A stretch of DNA of 64,000 nucleotides from Geosiphon pyriformis uo1 (lineage: Eukaryota > Fungi > Glomeromycota). This document shows, piece by piece, positions 38,201-51,399 of the stretch. How positions within the stretch are numbered: the stretch's first letter is position 1; every line of letters begins with the position of its first letter. The stretch spans positions 188,173 through 252,172 of the forward strand of contig JAAOMT010000258.1 of the NCBI GenBank assembly GCA_016748015.1. Direction: 5' to 3'. The position numbers and the translations under genes were made by a program. The notes beneath the pieces are model-generated. The model saw only the letters and a list, made by a program, of their open reading frames with translations. It was not told the origin of the DNA and searched no databases.

Positions 38201-40839
38201 GTTCAGAAGGTCCAGAAGCAAGCCTAACACAGAACCATCACAATGTTTCTAAAGTTCATTTGAAATGCCAGACAAGCCAGCAGTTTTACCATCCAGCAAA
38301 TTCTTAATTACACGTGTCAAGTCATCCAAACTGATAGCATTCATCACACCTGATGTTACCAAAAGTTTTTTGGTCTCTTTTTAGCTCTTGTATGTTCGTT
38401 GTAATGCTGTTAATTCATGACTATGGGAAGTGTTTGAACCTTTGATAACTGAATTTTTATCTTTAAATTATTTTTTATAATTTGAACTGCTGGGCTTATA
38501 AGTGAAATGGCCAATTCCGTGCCAGTTACTTTATATAGTTACATTGTAGTAAACGTCAACTCTTTCCCAAGAATTGCTTGTCTGGAAGCTCACAAAAAAT
38601 GTGTAGTTACTTTGCTGTAAAAGTCAATTCTTTTATAGGAATCTCATCTGTAGGCTACCCTAATAATTGCAATAAGAAAAAAAAATAAAAATAAAAAAAA
38701 TGTAAAAAAAATAGAATTTTATCAAGGGAAACGTTTTTCTATTCAGGCCTGAAGTCACTAACAGTTTACTGAAATTGGTAGCTAATCAATTTCAAAATGT
38801 TAGTTGGGTTTTGGGAGTTTTTCCAAGTACAATAATTAAAGAATTTGGTTTTTTTTCGAATTATTTGATATTTATTTCTTTTTGTGTGTATAAAAATGGT
38901 TTTAAGAGATAAATCTAAAGTAAGATACATTTTCTCGAAGAGAGAAGCTCTTCTTTTATACAACTTGTTGTAGTACTAGTCTGTGAACTTGAACTATTTT
39001 CTTTACTATGATTTTGATGAACTAAAGGTATATTTCGGCGAACTTACAAGTTATTTCTGCAAACTATTAGATTTTTCGACAAACTATCAATTATTTTGGC
39101 AAATTTCTACAAATTTTGGCAAACTTTTGAATGTTACATAGTTCGGTGTATTGCATGATTGATCATCACAATTAGGTTATATTTGTGTCATGTATAAATT
39201 GGGTTATTAATTAAATGATAATTTCGGAGATTTTTGCTAATGTAATAAGTGATAATTTGAATGATAATATATGCTAATTAATGATAGGAATTATAAAGAT
39301 AATTTCATGCTAAATAATATCTCTAATTTTGTCTGGTAACACCGAAAAAGCATTATTATCAACATAATTCAATAGCAGGTATTGACACTGCCACAAATCA
39401 GGAACACTTTTCAGTATGGCTCTCTTCCTTGTCCAGCCCTCCATTATACTATCAATCTTATTTTTAACTTCTACTGGGTCCAAAATCAAGCCACTATTAG
39501 AGACTAAATGATTTAACACCACTTTGCGGAATGGGCATTCCAAAACACTACAGATTGTGTGGCCTTTGTTGACTACAAAACTCTCTATCCTTCTCTCAAT
39601 AGCTGATCTAATGCCTGACTCTTTAGCTTGCAAAAACTCAGCAAGCTTAGAGGCACAATAATACCTCTTCATGCCACAAAGAGCAGAACAGACACAATTG
39701 AAACTTGCACCAGAACTCACAAGATCACAAACAACAGAAGCTTTGTCACTATCTATAGAAACTCAGCATTTTAATAAAAACTCAAATCTGCTGAAGTCTG
39801 CCTCACAAGAAGCCTTGACAATTTTTAACACCAAAACCTTCAAGTTATGCAACTTAAAAGACTTTTTGGTAAACACCCCATCATAATCCTTAAACCATTT
39901 CTTCTTGAAAGCACTATTAGCTGAAAAAACTATCACTTTGTGAACAGTATCCCACATAGCATCCAAATCAGAGAACTTCTTGGCAGCCTCAAATTTGTCC
40001 AAAAACATGGCAGCATTGGCTGCAGTAGCATCTTTAAACTCACCCCATTTTATTACATCCACACTTTTGACATCAAACTTCCAATAATCTTTATTTGCCT
40101 GCTTGCATATTGAACTTAAATAGACATTAAGCAAACCACCCAAACCCACGGAAGCAGATAGAGCTTTGTGGTCAGTATCAAAATATTTCTTGACATCGGC
40201 CACACTACTATCTGTCACAGCATTGACCAAACTCGAAAAAATGAGAACGTAGTTGAAAGCTTTAGTAACACTATGGGAATTGGTCCATGTAAGTGTTTTA
40301 ACAAATAAACTTCCCCCCAGAGAATCAACTAAACCCAAATCAAAGCATTTCTTGAAGCTAACACACTTTCAGGACCCATCTTCATTAAAATCACCACCTA
40401 AAATAACAAAGGAAGACTCGTTTACTGCCTTTGCAATAAGAGAGTTGATTTCACCAGCCTGAGAAAACCGAACCACTAACAATATACCAGCATAGAGTCC
40501 CAAAATTGACACAGAAAAATTATTCTTGAAGAGTAATTTGAGAGAAAGAAGATAACCAGGAACCTCGGAAACCTTACATATATGTCTCACCAAAGAAATG
40601 TTCATGATAATCACAACACCAGAACCCAAATAACCAGAGTTCAAACCAGAGGTGAAAACCTGAACACCATCAAATTTATTCATGATCTATGGGCAGATCT
40701 TGCTTCTCAACTTAGTTTCAGTAACAACAGAAATCAAATTGTTTATCTCTTTATGCCAACATATTACATCATCTTGTTTTGCAGAATTATTCATACCCTT
40801 AACATTGCATGTGGCAATCTTCCAAACTAGACTGGTCAT
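35272..40839 (-). pseudogene. LINE ORF2: AP endonuclease, RT, RNase H, C-terminal Zn finger
   Basis: WKIATCNVKGMN, ILGGDFNE (APE); GLDQCEVFSPLL, VFMDDTIW, YLGIYL (RT); VYTDRSL, ELQVI, YSNSQ, WHKVKGH, NEHADKLA (RH); CLHCGEVE. Confidence 0.93.
38354..39341 (-). repeat. Solo LTR, family A (988 bp), inserted in LINE-1 ORF2
   Basis: 8-bp terminal inverted repeat TGTTACCA...TGGTAACA; TSD CTGA/CCGA; removing it restores the frame DNNAFSGVMNAISL. Confidence 0.95.
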
Positions 40840-42640
40840 TGAGAAAAAGATTTGGGAGATGTACTGCCAGCCAAAATTGAACCATCAAATCTCGCTATAA
40901 GACTTAGAACTGAGACAGAAAGTCCTTCCAACATGCTTTTCAATCTTTTTACTTCAGTAGAAGCAGAAGAGTTCAAAGTTGTAACAGTCTCACCATTAGT
41001 GGCCTTACCCAAACCCTTTCCCATCACTACATCACCCACTTGATCCTATGATGGGGGGGTTACTAGTAGCTGACATCCAAGGCTAGGCTAGAAAACTGCC
41101 AGCATGAATGAGTTCAACCTCTTAGCCAACTCATCAATTTGTCCCACAAGGCTGGCAAGACTGCTTTCCAAAACAGCAAACCTTTTCTCAATATCACTTG
41201 TATCATGGATAGTAGGCTTCATCTCCGAAGAGAAGCCAGGATTGACCAATACTTTTCGCACAAAGAAAGGAGGAAAAACATTTCCGCCAGTAATTTTTGC
41301 CCAAGAAACTCCACTAAAAATGACAAAACGAATGATCAGAGCTAAACGCTTGGCATAGTTGGTTGCCAGCCTGCTTTTATCCAAATCTGAGAAGGGTCTG
41401 CAAGGATGCTTCCCAAAGGAGATATTCTCACCCACAGCACAGCCCAAAAATGTATGACCCAATTTTCCACACTTAGCACATTTAGAAAAACCCAAAAGAG
41501 ACCAACACATATTCACATCCCTTAAAACTGGAGTAGTTCCCATGACAGCATTTAAGGAATCAGCCAAATCAAAACAAACAACAACACATCTGGTCTGAGC
41601 ATACATAACAGAATAACAATCTATTGCACATGTTTTTTCACCCACAGAGCCAATATAATCTCAGATATTATGTGCAGTTGTTCTCATTGGCAGAGTATAA
41701 AGCAAAGCCCTATGTTGATCTCTCGAGTCCCATGATTCCTTGTCTTAATTGGTCCTGGCCACACACACAGCATCCTTCCCAATCAGAATAGACCAGCAGG
41801 CTGCAACTAAATCAGCCTATTCACTCTTACTAAATTCAATAACAGCCTTTTGCCACAAACCCATTAACTGCATTTTAATTGATACCACTACACCAAAACT
41901 AGATAGTGCAGTGCACACAGCCTCAGTTGAGGTTCCAACAGGAATTTTCTTTAATATCACAGCCCAATCTGAACACCCAAATGATTTTTTGAGATTGGTA
42001 TTCACTAGAATCTTCACATCAGCAGCCAATTTAGTAGCTTTCATTAAACTCAATTTAGAAATGAACATTGCTCTGATGATCCCAGCAAATTTTGAGGGGG
42101 TAGAGACCCCCCCCCCCAAAACTATTGATCTTTGAAAACAAATTTCTGACCACTAAAAGCTTTTCACAAGAAGATTTCCCAACTACTATGTCCAACCCAA
42201 TATCTAACACAAAAAATTTCCAAACAGAAACATTGACCAGATTCTTTGTAGGTGGTAGAAGCACTAGAAGGACATCCAAAAGAACATCATCATCATTATT
42301 GCTTGGTGAGAAGTCAATCTTTCCCAATGATTTATCCAATGCCTTCTTGGTTTTGACTTTTGAGCCTGTAGATGTTTGATCATGATTTCCCCCAGCAAGA
42401 GCACTACTTTCATCATAATCAAAACTGGTTTCCTCAACCAGACACTCCTTTTTCATATCAATACTCTTAGACTCAGTGGTGTCACCAGTCTCTGAACTCT
42501 ATGAGCAATTACCTTAGACACTAAGACCAACATTTCCACCACCAGAACCATTTTCTAAAATGCTGTCTCTCTTTTTTTTTTCTCGGGAGAACAGGTCTAA
42601 AACCATCACTAGAACCAGAAACTTTGGCAGTCTTCTTCAT
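40836..42640 (-). pseudogene. LINE ORF1 (RRM-like domains and CCHC knuckle)
   Basis: MKKTAKVSG...AVILKKIPVG..LWQKAVIEF; CAKCGKLGHTFLGC; C-terminal coiled coil. Confidence 0.9.
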
Positions 42641-42775
42641 GACAACAATACTGCAGCCAACAGTGGCTTCGTAGTTAAGAATAAAGGGTTTAGATTTATC
42701 ATACTCAATTGTAAAAAACTTCTTTCAAAAAACTTTTGACTCTTTTTTAGGAATTTGGGACAAAGGAGAGAAAGA

Positions 42776-42777
<2 letters not shown>

Positions 42778-42806
<29 letters not shown>
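42778..42806. repeat. Poly(T)29 tract at the LINE-1 5' junction
   Basis: Direct reading; followed by AA (TTTT/AA endonuclease-type site). Confidence 0.85.
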
Positions 42807-42810
<4 letters not shown>

Positions 42811-43069
42811 AATTATAAAATTATTATTAATAATATAAAAAATAAATTTTTAAAAAAATAATTGGTTTTTATTATTTTATATTTTTAAAATACAAAAAAT
42901 TTTATTAATTTATATTATTACTAATTTTAAAATAAAATTAATTTTTTTTAAAAAAATTATTTTTTGTTTTTAAATAATATTATATTGAATTTTAATATTA
43001 TTTTTTTGTTAATATTTTAATAAATTATTAAATATTTTTTATTATTAATATAAAAAAGTAAAATTTAAA

Positions 43070-44285
43070 TACTATCTAATATAATATATTAAATTAAGTA
43101 ATTTAAACTAAATGTGAATTATGTATTTATTATATGTAATTAGCCACTTAAGCTAATTAAGACAATATTAAATTTTTTTATAAATAAAAATATTATTATG
43201 GTTGAGACCTATACTTCTTATTAATTATCATATGTATTAGCCACTGATGTCATATGATTAGCCACACTATTTTTAGAAAGTGATTATTGACCTAATCAAT
43301 GACTACTTTTAATAGCTATATAAGTGATGAATCTCTTAACTGTAGAAAAGCATGTAATAACAAGCATCTGAATAATCAAGAATAAATAAAATAACAATTT
43401 TCATCTCAATTCTTCTTTTATCGCTAATTTTTTTTCCCTACCTTTAAGTATCTAAACATCTTAAAGATAAAAGATTACTTGATGGCCTTTTCTTGATGTA
43501 TATAATTGTAGCATTTGAAGATTATTTGAATAAATGTGACTGAAAAGCACAAGTTGATACCTGATATTGAATTCTAAGAGCACTGACATGAGATATAGAA
43601 TTATACCAGTGGTGATCAATTGTTGACAGTACAGACTATCCTTCTACTTTCAGATTCCTCAGTTACCTTTGAAAAGAATAGCAACTGAGATATTTTATGA
43701 GACTGATCTTACACATTGAATCCATACTCATTCAATTCGCTCTTTAAAGTTGAATTCCTCTTTGATTATTTCCATCACTCTACAATCCTGTTCTCTTTTG
43801 CTATTCATTAGCTTGTTACTCCAACCTGTAACAATATTATTGTTAATATTAAAAATAAACAAATACAAAATCAAAACTAATATTCAAAATTTTAACAATA
43901 CTAAATAATTTGACTATTTTTTTTAACAACACAATTAGAAAACTATCAACAAAGAAAAACATCAAGTCATTTAATAAACCCAATTTTTCTATAATTACAT
44001 AATGTTTGGAATAAACAAGCCAAATTTTATGTCTGTATATCAAGTTTAAATTATACACAAAATTTACAATCTTATTAATAATAACTTTAAAATTTTTAAA
44101 AACAAAAAAAGATTCTAAATACTAATTTCTAAAAACAAAACATTTATTTAAAATAATATATATTATAATATTAAATAAATACAATAACAACAATTAAAAC
44201 ACACAAAACAAAGATCTGTACAAACCAAGAAAAATTTTTCTCACAACAGCTTAAAAATTTAACAAAACTTTATAAAAATTTGTTA
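43070..44285 (-). mobile_element. Old LINE 3' fragment (ORF2 C-terminus and 3' UTR); continues at about 51,016-51,300
   Basis: YRHKIWLVYSKHYVIIEK..IVKLFSIVK matches the ORF2 end; 3' motif tagccacttaagctaatt; hosts solo LTR C and LINE-2. Confidence 0.75.
43194..43833. repeat. Solo LTR, family C, copy 2 (inverted relative to 8880-9553)
   Basis: Termini TATTATGGTTG...CAACCTGTAACA; TSD ATAT (43,190-43,193; 43,834-43,837). Confidence 0.88.
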
Positions 44286-44403
44286 CTTCTTTCTCTCTTA
44301 CTTCCAAAAAATCCCAAAAAACATTTTTTTGAAAAAAAAGTTTTTCTTTTTTTCTTTTTTGCTATTTTTTGCAAACATTTCTCAATCAAATAATTCTTTT
44401 GTG

Positions 44404-46282
44404 ATGAATCTGGCTGCTGCTCTAGGTAGTATTATGTCTAAAAAGAAGGCACCCATAGGGGTTTTTTATGATCCTATTGGGGATTCTTTTTCTCAAAAGA
44501 AAAGGGTTTCTGTTAGTAATATCAAGCATTCTGGAGATGAAAAAAATATTTCTTTGGTCAAATCTGATTCTAATCATGATGTGTATTCGGATATGGACAG
44601 TGTATCTAGTGATAGTGGAGACGATAATATTTCTCTTGATGTTGGCAATGGTTTTTTTCTTGGTTTGACAACAAACACCCCTAAAACTAAAAAAATAACT
44701 ACTAATCTGGTCTGTGGCTTTCCTCTTGGCTCAATTGATTATGGCATGGATGAAGATGATGTGCTCCTCCCTTCTTCTTTTAAAATCTCTCTTGAAAAAA
44801 AATGGGTTGACTCAAAAATTGTCAAATCTCAAGTTGAAGTGTCTGTCAGAAAGTTTTTTGTTCTTGACATTAATCTTAGTGCTGTGAAAAGAAAATCAGT
44901 GATGGCAAAGACTCAATTCATCAAAAAAAATTTTTCATTAGTCAATGGTTTTGGGGAGGCCACTACCCTCTCAAAATTTGAAGAGATCATCTGATCAATA
45001 TTTACTTCAGAAAAAAACATGGAAATGGCCACATCATTGGCCAGAGAAAAAGGAATCGATGTAAACAGCAATCTTAAGAGACAAGGAATAAGGTCAAATT
45101 GGGCTGTAGTAATTAAAAAAATTCCCATGAACACACCTAAAAATATAATTGTCACTGTAGTATTCGAATTTGAAGAAATTAAGTCAATCAAAATTCAACT
45201 GATTGGAATGTGGCAAAAAGCTATAGTGAAGTTTGCTGAATTAGACCAAGTTAATTTGTTAGTCTTTAAGTGGTTATTCCTGATTAGTAAGAATTCTGTG
45301 CACATAGCCAAAGCAATAGAAGATCGTGAAACTTGGGTGTCAAGGGATTAGTTCAAAGTGCTTTTGTTTACTTTGCTGGTGGGAATAACAGCACATAATC
45401 TTGAAACTCTTCTGGAAAGGGCAGATAGAAAAACTTACATCATAAACAGATCTATGAAAACTGGTAATAAAATTCACTATGCTGTAGTTGGTTTTGAATC
45501 TAATAATGATCTGGAATCTGTCTTTTACACAGAGCCAATTCTTGGCAGTATTAAACTTTCTTGGGCAAGGATGGATCTGGTTTGGTGTAAAAAATGTGGA
45601 AAGTTTGGTCATTTTGCTCTGGAATGTAATGCACCTGTTGCATCTCCCTTTAAGCCTTCAAGAACATATAAAAGAGTTGCATCTGATGAACGTTGTCTTT
45701 AGTTGGCTAAGTTGTATAAGAAAAAAAATGTTCCAATATCCTGCCCTGCTGCCTTTGGTGGTAAATCTTGGGCCCAGATGGTCTTACTTGCTGGTTTTTC
45801 TGATGGTTTTCACTTTGTTTTTGGTTCTGGTTCTTCTTTTTCTAGCACTTCAGGTTTGAATGATGGTCTTCCTTCTATTTTAGTTGACAATTTGTCTTTG
45901 GATGCTTGTTTGGTCTCTTTGGAGTGATTTTTAGAGCTGCTAACCAACCAAGTTTCTGGCATTGTGCACAAACTCAGCAACATGAAATTGGTGCCACAAG
46001 CTTCAGCTCCCTCTTAAAGTCTCAGCTATCTTAATTGCCACCAAGGAGAATTTGGTTTTAAATATGGTCATGAATGATTCTAAGTTGGTACTTTCACCTT
46101 CCTCTTCTGCTTCTCTTAGTGTCTCAACATTGGATCTGAGTAGTTCAAAAGTCTTGACAACCAAGATTGGCAGTTTGGAATCTAAGTTGGTGGCTTTTGA
46201 GACTTCTGTTAATTTAGTTTTGGCAAAGTTAGATCATTTGAGTGCTGGCTTGGGTTCCTTGTTATTCTCTTCATCTCAATAA
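44404..46282 (+). pseudogene. LINE ORF1 (RRM-like domains and CCHC)
   Basis: AVVIKKIPMN..MWQKAIVKF; CKKCGKFGHFALEC. Confidence 0.9.
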
Positions 46283-49200
46283 GTGGTTTGATTTGGAAGG
46301 TAACTACATGTAATGTTTAGGGCATTAATGTTTTTGCCAAGCAGAAAAATGTTATTTATTGGCATAAGAATATGGACAACTTGATTTTGATTTTTATTGA
46401 GACTAAATTGAAAAATAAAATCCATCTGTGAATTGCTGGCAAATTTGAAAGTGTTCGTGTATTCACTTTTGGTTTGAATTCTAGGTATTTGGGTGCTGGT
46501 GTTGTGGTCATTATGAACTTTTCTTTGGTAAAACATGTGTACAAAGTTTTTGAGATGTCCAGTCAGCTTCTATCTATTAGATTGCTTTTCAAAAATAAAC
46601 TTTCTGTGTTTGTCTTGGAGCTGTATGCTGGTGCTTTGTCTGCAGCTCGGTTTTCACAGACTGGAGAAATCAACTTTCTCATTGCAAAAGCTGCTAATAG
46701 ATCTTCTTTTGTCATCCTTGGTGGTAACTTTAATGAAAACAGTTTGAAAAGAAATGCTAGTTTTAAGAAATGTGTCAGTTTGGAGTTGGTCAATTCTTTG
46801 GTGGATAGTTTAGTCATGAAGAGTCTCACATGGAAGAATTCAAGAGGTGTAGAAAAAACAATTGATTTTGTGTTAGTTTTGTTAAATCTGGGTGGTTTGC
46901 TGGATACTCAGTTGAACTCTCTTTGCAGATAAGTAAATAAAAATCACTGGAAGTTTGATTTTAAAGATGCTAATAATGCAAAGTGGAGTGAGTTTAAAGA
47001 AGCTATGGCAACCAATACTGCCATGTTTTCTAATAGTTTTATCACTTCTGCACAATTCTTAGACTTAGACATAATATGAAACATGATTTGCGAAATTATG
47101 ATGCTGTCAGCTAACAAAATATTCAAGAAGAAATGGTCTAAGAATTACAATGGTGTTTTTACCAAAGAATCTTCTAAGTTTTATAAGCTGGAGCTTTTGG
47201 TCTTAAAGATTGCTAAGGTTTTTTATGAGGAAGATATTGATAAGTTTGCTCTTCTTATGGAATGCTGGGATTCTTTAGACAATGTTAAGGCTTCAATTGT
47301 GTGAGAAATTGTGAACTTTGGTGTGGGTTTTGATCATGTGCACTCAGCTTTTTTTAGTGTACAAAAGACATATTGTGTCTCCAAGCTTGCTAAATCTTTG
47401 TGAGCTGAAGAGTTAAGAATAAGGTCAGCTGTTAATAGTTAAATAGAGAATTTTGCAATTAACAAAAGCAGTACAATCAGGAGTATGCTGGAGCACCTTT
47501 TTCGAAAGGTGGTTTTGGACCATTTGGTAGTTGAGGATGAACTGATTCTGGAACCAGAACTAGTTAAGGCCAAGATTGACATGATTATGGAAAGCTGGAC
47601 CAGAAAGTATAATGTGGTGGGAGATTTTTCTGATAATTAGTCACATCAATATTAGTCTTTGAAGTATATTTTTGATGGTGCTTTTTCAAATGTAATGTGT
47701 TCAGTTAATTTTGATAAGCTACTTGGAGTGGTTTCTAATCTGCCTAATGGCAAAGCTGTTGGTCTTTCTGGGATGTCAAATAAGCTTTGGAAGTATTGCG
47801 ACAAATTGGTCTTGAATATGTTTTTGGTGCTTTTAAACTTCTGTTTGTTTTGTGAATCAGTTTCTGGTGCTTAGAAACAAGCTTGGGTTTCGATGATTTT
47901 AAACTGTATGAGTAAAAAAGAGTTCTTATAAACACTTGATCTATTGCTTTGATTGAGACTGCCTGCAAAATTCTTTCCAAGATTCTTTTAGACAGAATTT
48001 TTTCGGCATTCAGCTCTTTTGATGTTTTATGTAGAGACAATTTCTTGGTTTTTAAGGGTACAACAATACAATTTCCTATTTTCGCCATTGGTTCTGCTAT
48101 TAAGGATGCTTTGAAAAAAAACTGTGAACTCTGGTTGGTTTTGCAGGACATGTGAAAGGCCTACAATTCTGTTGGATAGGAGCATCTTAGGAACAATTTG
48201 ATCAGAATAAAGATGTGTAACAAGTTCATTGGATTTTTTGGTGGCATTCACAATAGTCATATTAATAAAGTGATAACAGATTTTGGTTTGACAGATGGAT
48301 ATCAAGTACACAATGGTTAGGATCAGAGGGAAGTGTTCTCACCACTTTTTTGGCATATATTTTATGATCCTCTTTTGTGTAAAGTCAAAAGACAGGAAAG
48401 CATATATAGATATAGGTTGAACTCTTATTTTGTTGTCAAGACTGGTCATTTGGAATCTTAGGCTGGATTGACATCTTTTTTTGCTGCTGGTGCTTTTGTT
48501 GATGACACAATCTGAATTGGTAGTAGCCAAACTGCAATCCAACACATTCTCAATATTGCTAATGAATTTTTTCAAATCAATAACATTTCTATTAACAATA
48601 ACAAGACAGTGGCAATTTCTATTAATTGCAAAGTGGTTTATCCTAATTTGTCTATTAGTGGTTTACCTATTTCCATTGCCAAGAAAGAAGAGTCTTATTA
48701 CTATCTAAAAATTTTTTTGTTGACTGAGAGTTTGTCGAGACCTAGTCTGGCTAAAACAGATGCTGATGTCAGATTTTTTGCCAATCTGGTTCTAAGGAAA
48801 GCCATTTTTGATAAGCAGTTTTTGTATCTTGTGTTAGTGGTTTTCCACTCCATTGTCAGCTACAGAATGCAGTTCAGTTTTGTTCTTATTAATATGTATA
48901 ATAAGTAGAATTCTTTGATTTACAGAGACTTAAAGCTGAAATCTGGTCTACTTCTCAATTTTTTTAATGATATGCTTTGTCATTTCTTATTGTATGGCTT
49001 AAAAACTTTTGAGCAAGTCTAAGCTGAAAGCAAAGTTGCTTCCATTGTGTGCTTTGCAAACTCTGTTGGAATTTTGGGTCATTTGTTTTTATACAGGTTT
49101 CATGACTTGCAGGTTCTGTCTTGGAGCCTACTTCACCCTTTGGCATCCTCAGTTCATATTAAAGTCAGTGCTTCTAACAATTTTTTGGCAGGTGTGGTTT

Positions 49201-50880
49201 GTATTTTTCTTGGGTGCAGTCTGTCTTTGAGTGATTAAGTGAATAATTTTTTCTGTTTTCATGGTAGTACTCCTATGTTATCTGTTCTTGGCAGGTCTGA
49301 TTACTTTGGATTTCTTCCATCTTTTTAGAGATATGATATTGCTTTTATTAAACAGTTTCATTGTAAGAATGGAGCTGTTTTTGATTGGAAAACATTCAAG
49401 CATTGGAAAAGATTGGACCCACATGGCCCTGTTTCTGAATGGTTTAGGCGTTCTGTTGACTTTCTTGATAGTATGGTTTCTTCCCCTGCCCATTTTTTGC
49501 CTGTAATTGGTACTGAGCATTTAGATATTTTGGAATCTAGTGAGTTTAGACTGATTTATAATCGGTTGCTGAATCTTGCAACTGACAGCCTTTCTATTTA
49601 TATGGATGGATCTCTGAAGAGATTGGAGAGTGTTGACATAAGAGCTGGTGCTGTAGTTTTTTTTTGAAAATATAAGCTTGAATTTAGGAGTCAGAGTTTC
49701 TGGTTTGATGTCTTCTACTTTGGCTGAATTGTAAGCCATCACATTGGCTTTTGAGTGTGTTCTTCCTAATAGCTTAGTTGGTGTCTATTTGGACAATTAG
49801 GCTACCTTAAATGCTTGTAAATCGGAATTAGGTATGGTGTATTCAGATTTTAGGAATTGCTGTTGGGTTGAGTGTCAGCACATTGTAAACATTATTAGAA
49901 AAAAGGATTTGAGTGTTAGCTGGCACAAGATGCAGAGTCATTTGGGTGTCATGGGCAATAAACATGCTAATGTGCTTGCTAACACAGCATCTTTTTCTCC
50001 CTGGTGTCTTGTTTTGCATGTGAAAGAATGTTACTTTTTAGCTGATGGAAATGCTGTTTCTGGTAATTCTAGACATTTTGTTTGTAAGGTCTTTCAGTCT
50101 ATTCATCATGCATGCTGAAAGGTTGGTTCAGGTTCTAGAGTTTTGGATAGCAGTCTGTATTTAGACATAGATTGGTTTAGCTTATCATTGGTATGGCATC
50201 CAGACTTGCACATAACTGCTGGCTTTACTAGTAAATTCATGGCTGGTGTTTACACATATTTTATAAAAGCCCTACACTATTGGCTGCCAGTCGCTGTTTA
50301 GAAGCAATTATATAACAGATGCTATTCTAGTATGCTGTGTTTGTATTATGGCGAAGTTGAGGTTTCTGACCATGCCTTTTCTTGTATGGTAGATAATTCT
50401 GCTTGTTGTCACTTGTTGGATGCTCACATTGCTGCTTGGGGTCTTTTTTCTGGTCTTTTTACCTCCTTTTCAAGTGTTTCACAATTTTTATCTTTTTGTG
50501 CTTCAAATGTCACAGTTTGCACAGCTCTTTGCAAGAGCTTTGTTTTTAAGGATTGGCTTTAAAAAGCTGTGTTTGTCTTTAGAGGTGCCAAAATAGCTGG
50601 TTAGAAGATTGTGGAATTTGTGCATAACTTGTGTCTTGCCTTTAGGAATGAAGTTTGGTTGGTTCGTGCTAAGCATTGTGCCTGCATAGAAAAGAGTAAG
50701 ATAATACCTAGTAACAGTTTGGCTTTAGTTTCAGTTTTAAGGCTGTCTGTATTGCTTTCTGCGAGTGTTATTAGGTTGTTGGGTATTGCTGAGACAATTG
50801 GTATTGGTTTTGGTTTTTGTAAGTCTTGTTTGTTTTTCTCAGGTATTGAAAATTTAGTTTCAGTACATATAGGTGTTTAG
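46279..50880 (+). pseudogene. LINE ORF2: APE-RT-RNase H-Zn finger
   Basis: WKVTTCNV, ILGGNFNE, TIDFV; LQDM*KAYNSV, DQREVFSPL, GAFVDDT; IYMDGSL, WHKMQSH; CLYYGEVEVSDHAFSC. Confidence 0.93.
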
Positions 50881-51399
50881 TGTGGTTCTGATTGGCCCAA
50901 GTGGCTGGTTACATGTAGAAAATACATGATTCATGTCTAGTTTAGATCAGTCAATTGATATATTGTATTAAGTAGTGTTTGGATCTCGCTCATAAAATAT
51001 AATAAAAAAAAAAAACTTAATAAACAGCAGAATCTATTTTATATAAAAATAAATAATCAAAAAACTTAATATTACTATAAAAAAAACACAAAATACTATA
51101 GTAATATTTATTATACAGATATTTATAAACAGCTATAAATAATTAATAATACAAAGTTTTTATAAAATAAAAATAAATACTAACAGTAATTTAATTTGTA
51201 TAGTCAAAAATTATATAAGAGTTTGGATATTACATTAAAAAAACTAGCTCTATCTATATTTTTAATTAAACTTTGGTTTAAAATTTTGGTACTATAATCA
51301 GTTTCTTAATAGATATAATAAATAGCTTAAAAAATTTCATAAATAAAACATTTTGTGTTTTTAAAAACACAAATATTATTGGTTTTTAAAAATAATAGT

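Larger units (their letters stand above)
35125..42777 (-). mobile_element. Full-length L1-like LINE (LINE-1) with RNase H; interrupted by a solo LTR
   Basis: 5' CTTCTTTCTCTC, ORF1, ORF2 APE-RT-RH-Zn, 3' UTR, poly(A) (T-run from 35,125). Confidence 0.95.
44286..51015 (+). mobile_element. Full-length L1-like LINE (LINE-2) with RNase H
   Basis: 5' CTTCTTTCTCTC; ORF1 and ORF2; 3' UTR hairpin; A12 tail 51,004-51,015. Confidence 0.95.

Noticed and set aside
44270-44290. TSD for LINE-2
   Set aside because: Only short A-runs match; a duplication could not be defined
35125-51015. TGA-containing long frames suggesting an alternative genetic code or bacterial/organelle origin
   Set aside because: Stops include TAA/TAG at Gln/Trp codons plus frameshifts, consistent with C>T/G>A decay; host genes use the standard code with GT-AG introns
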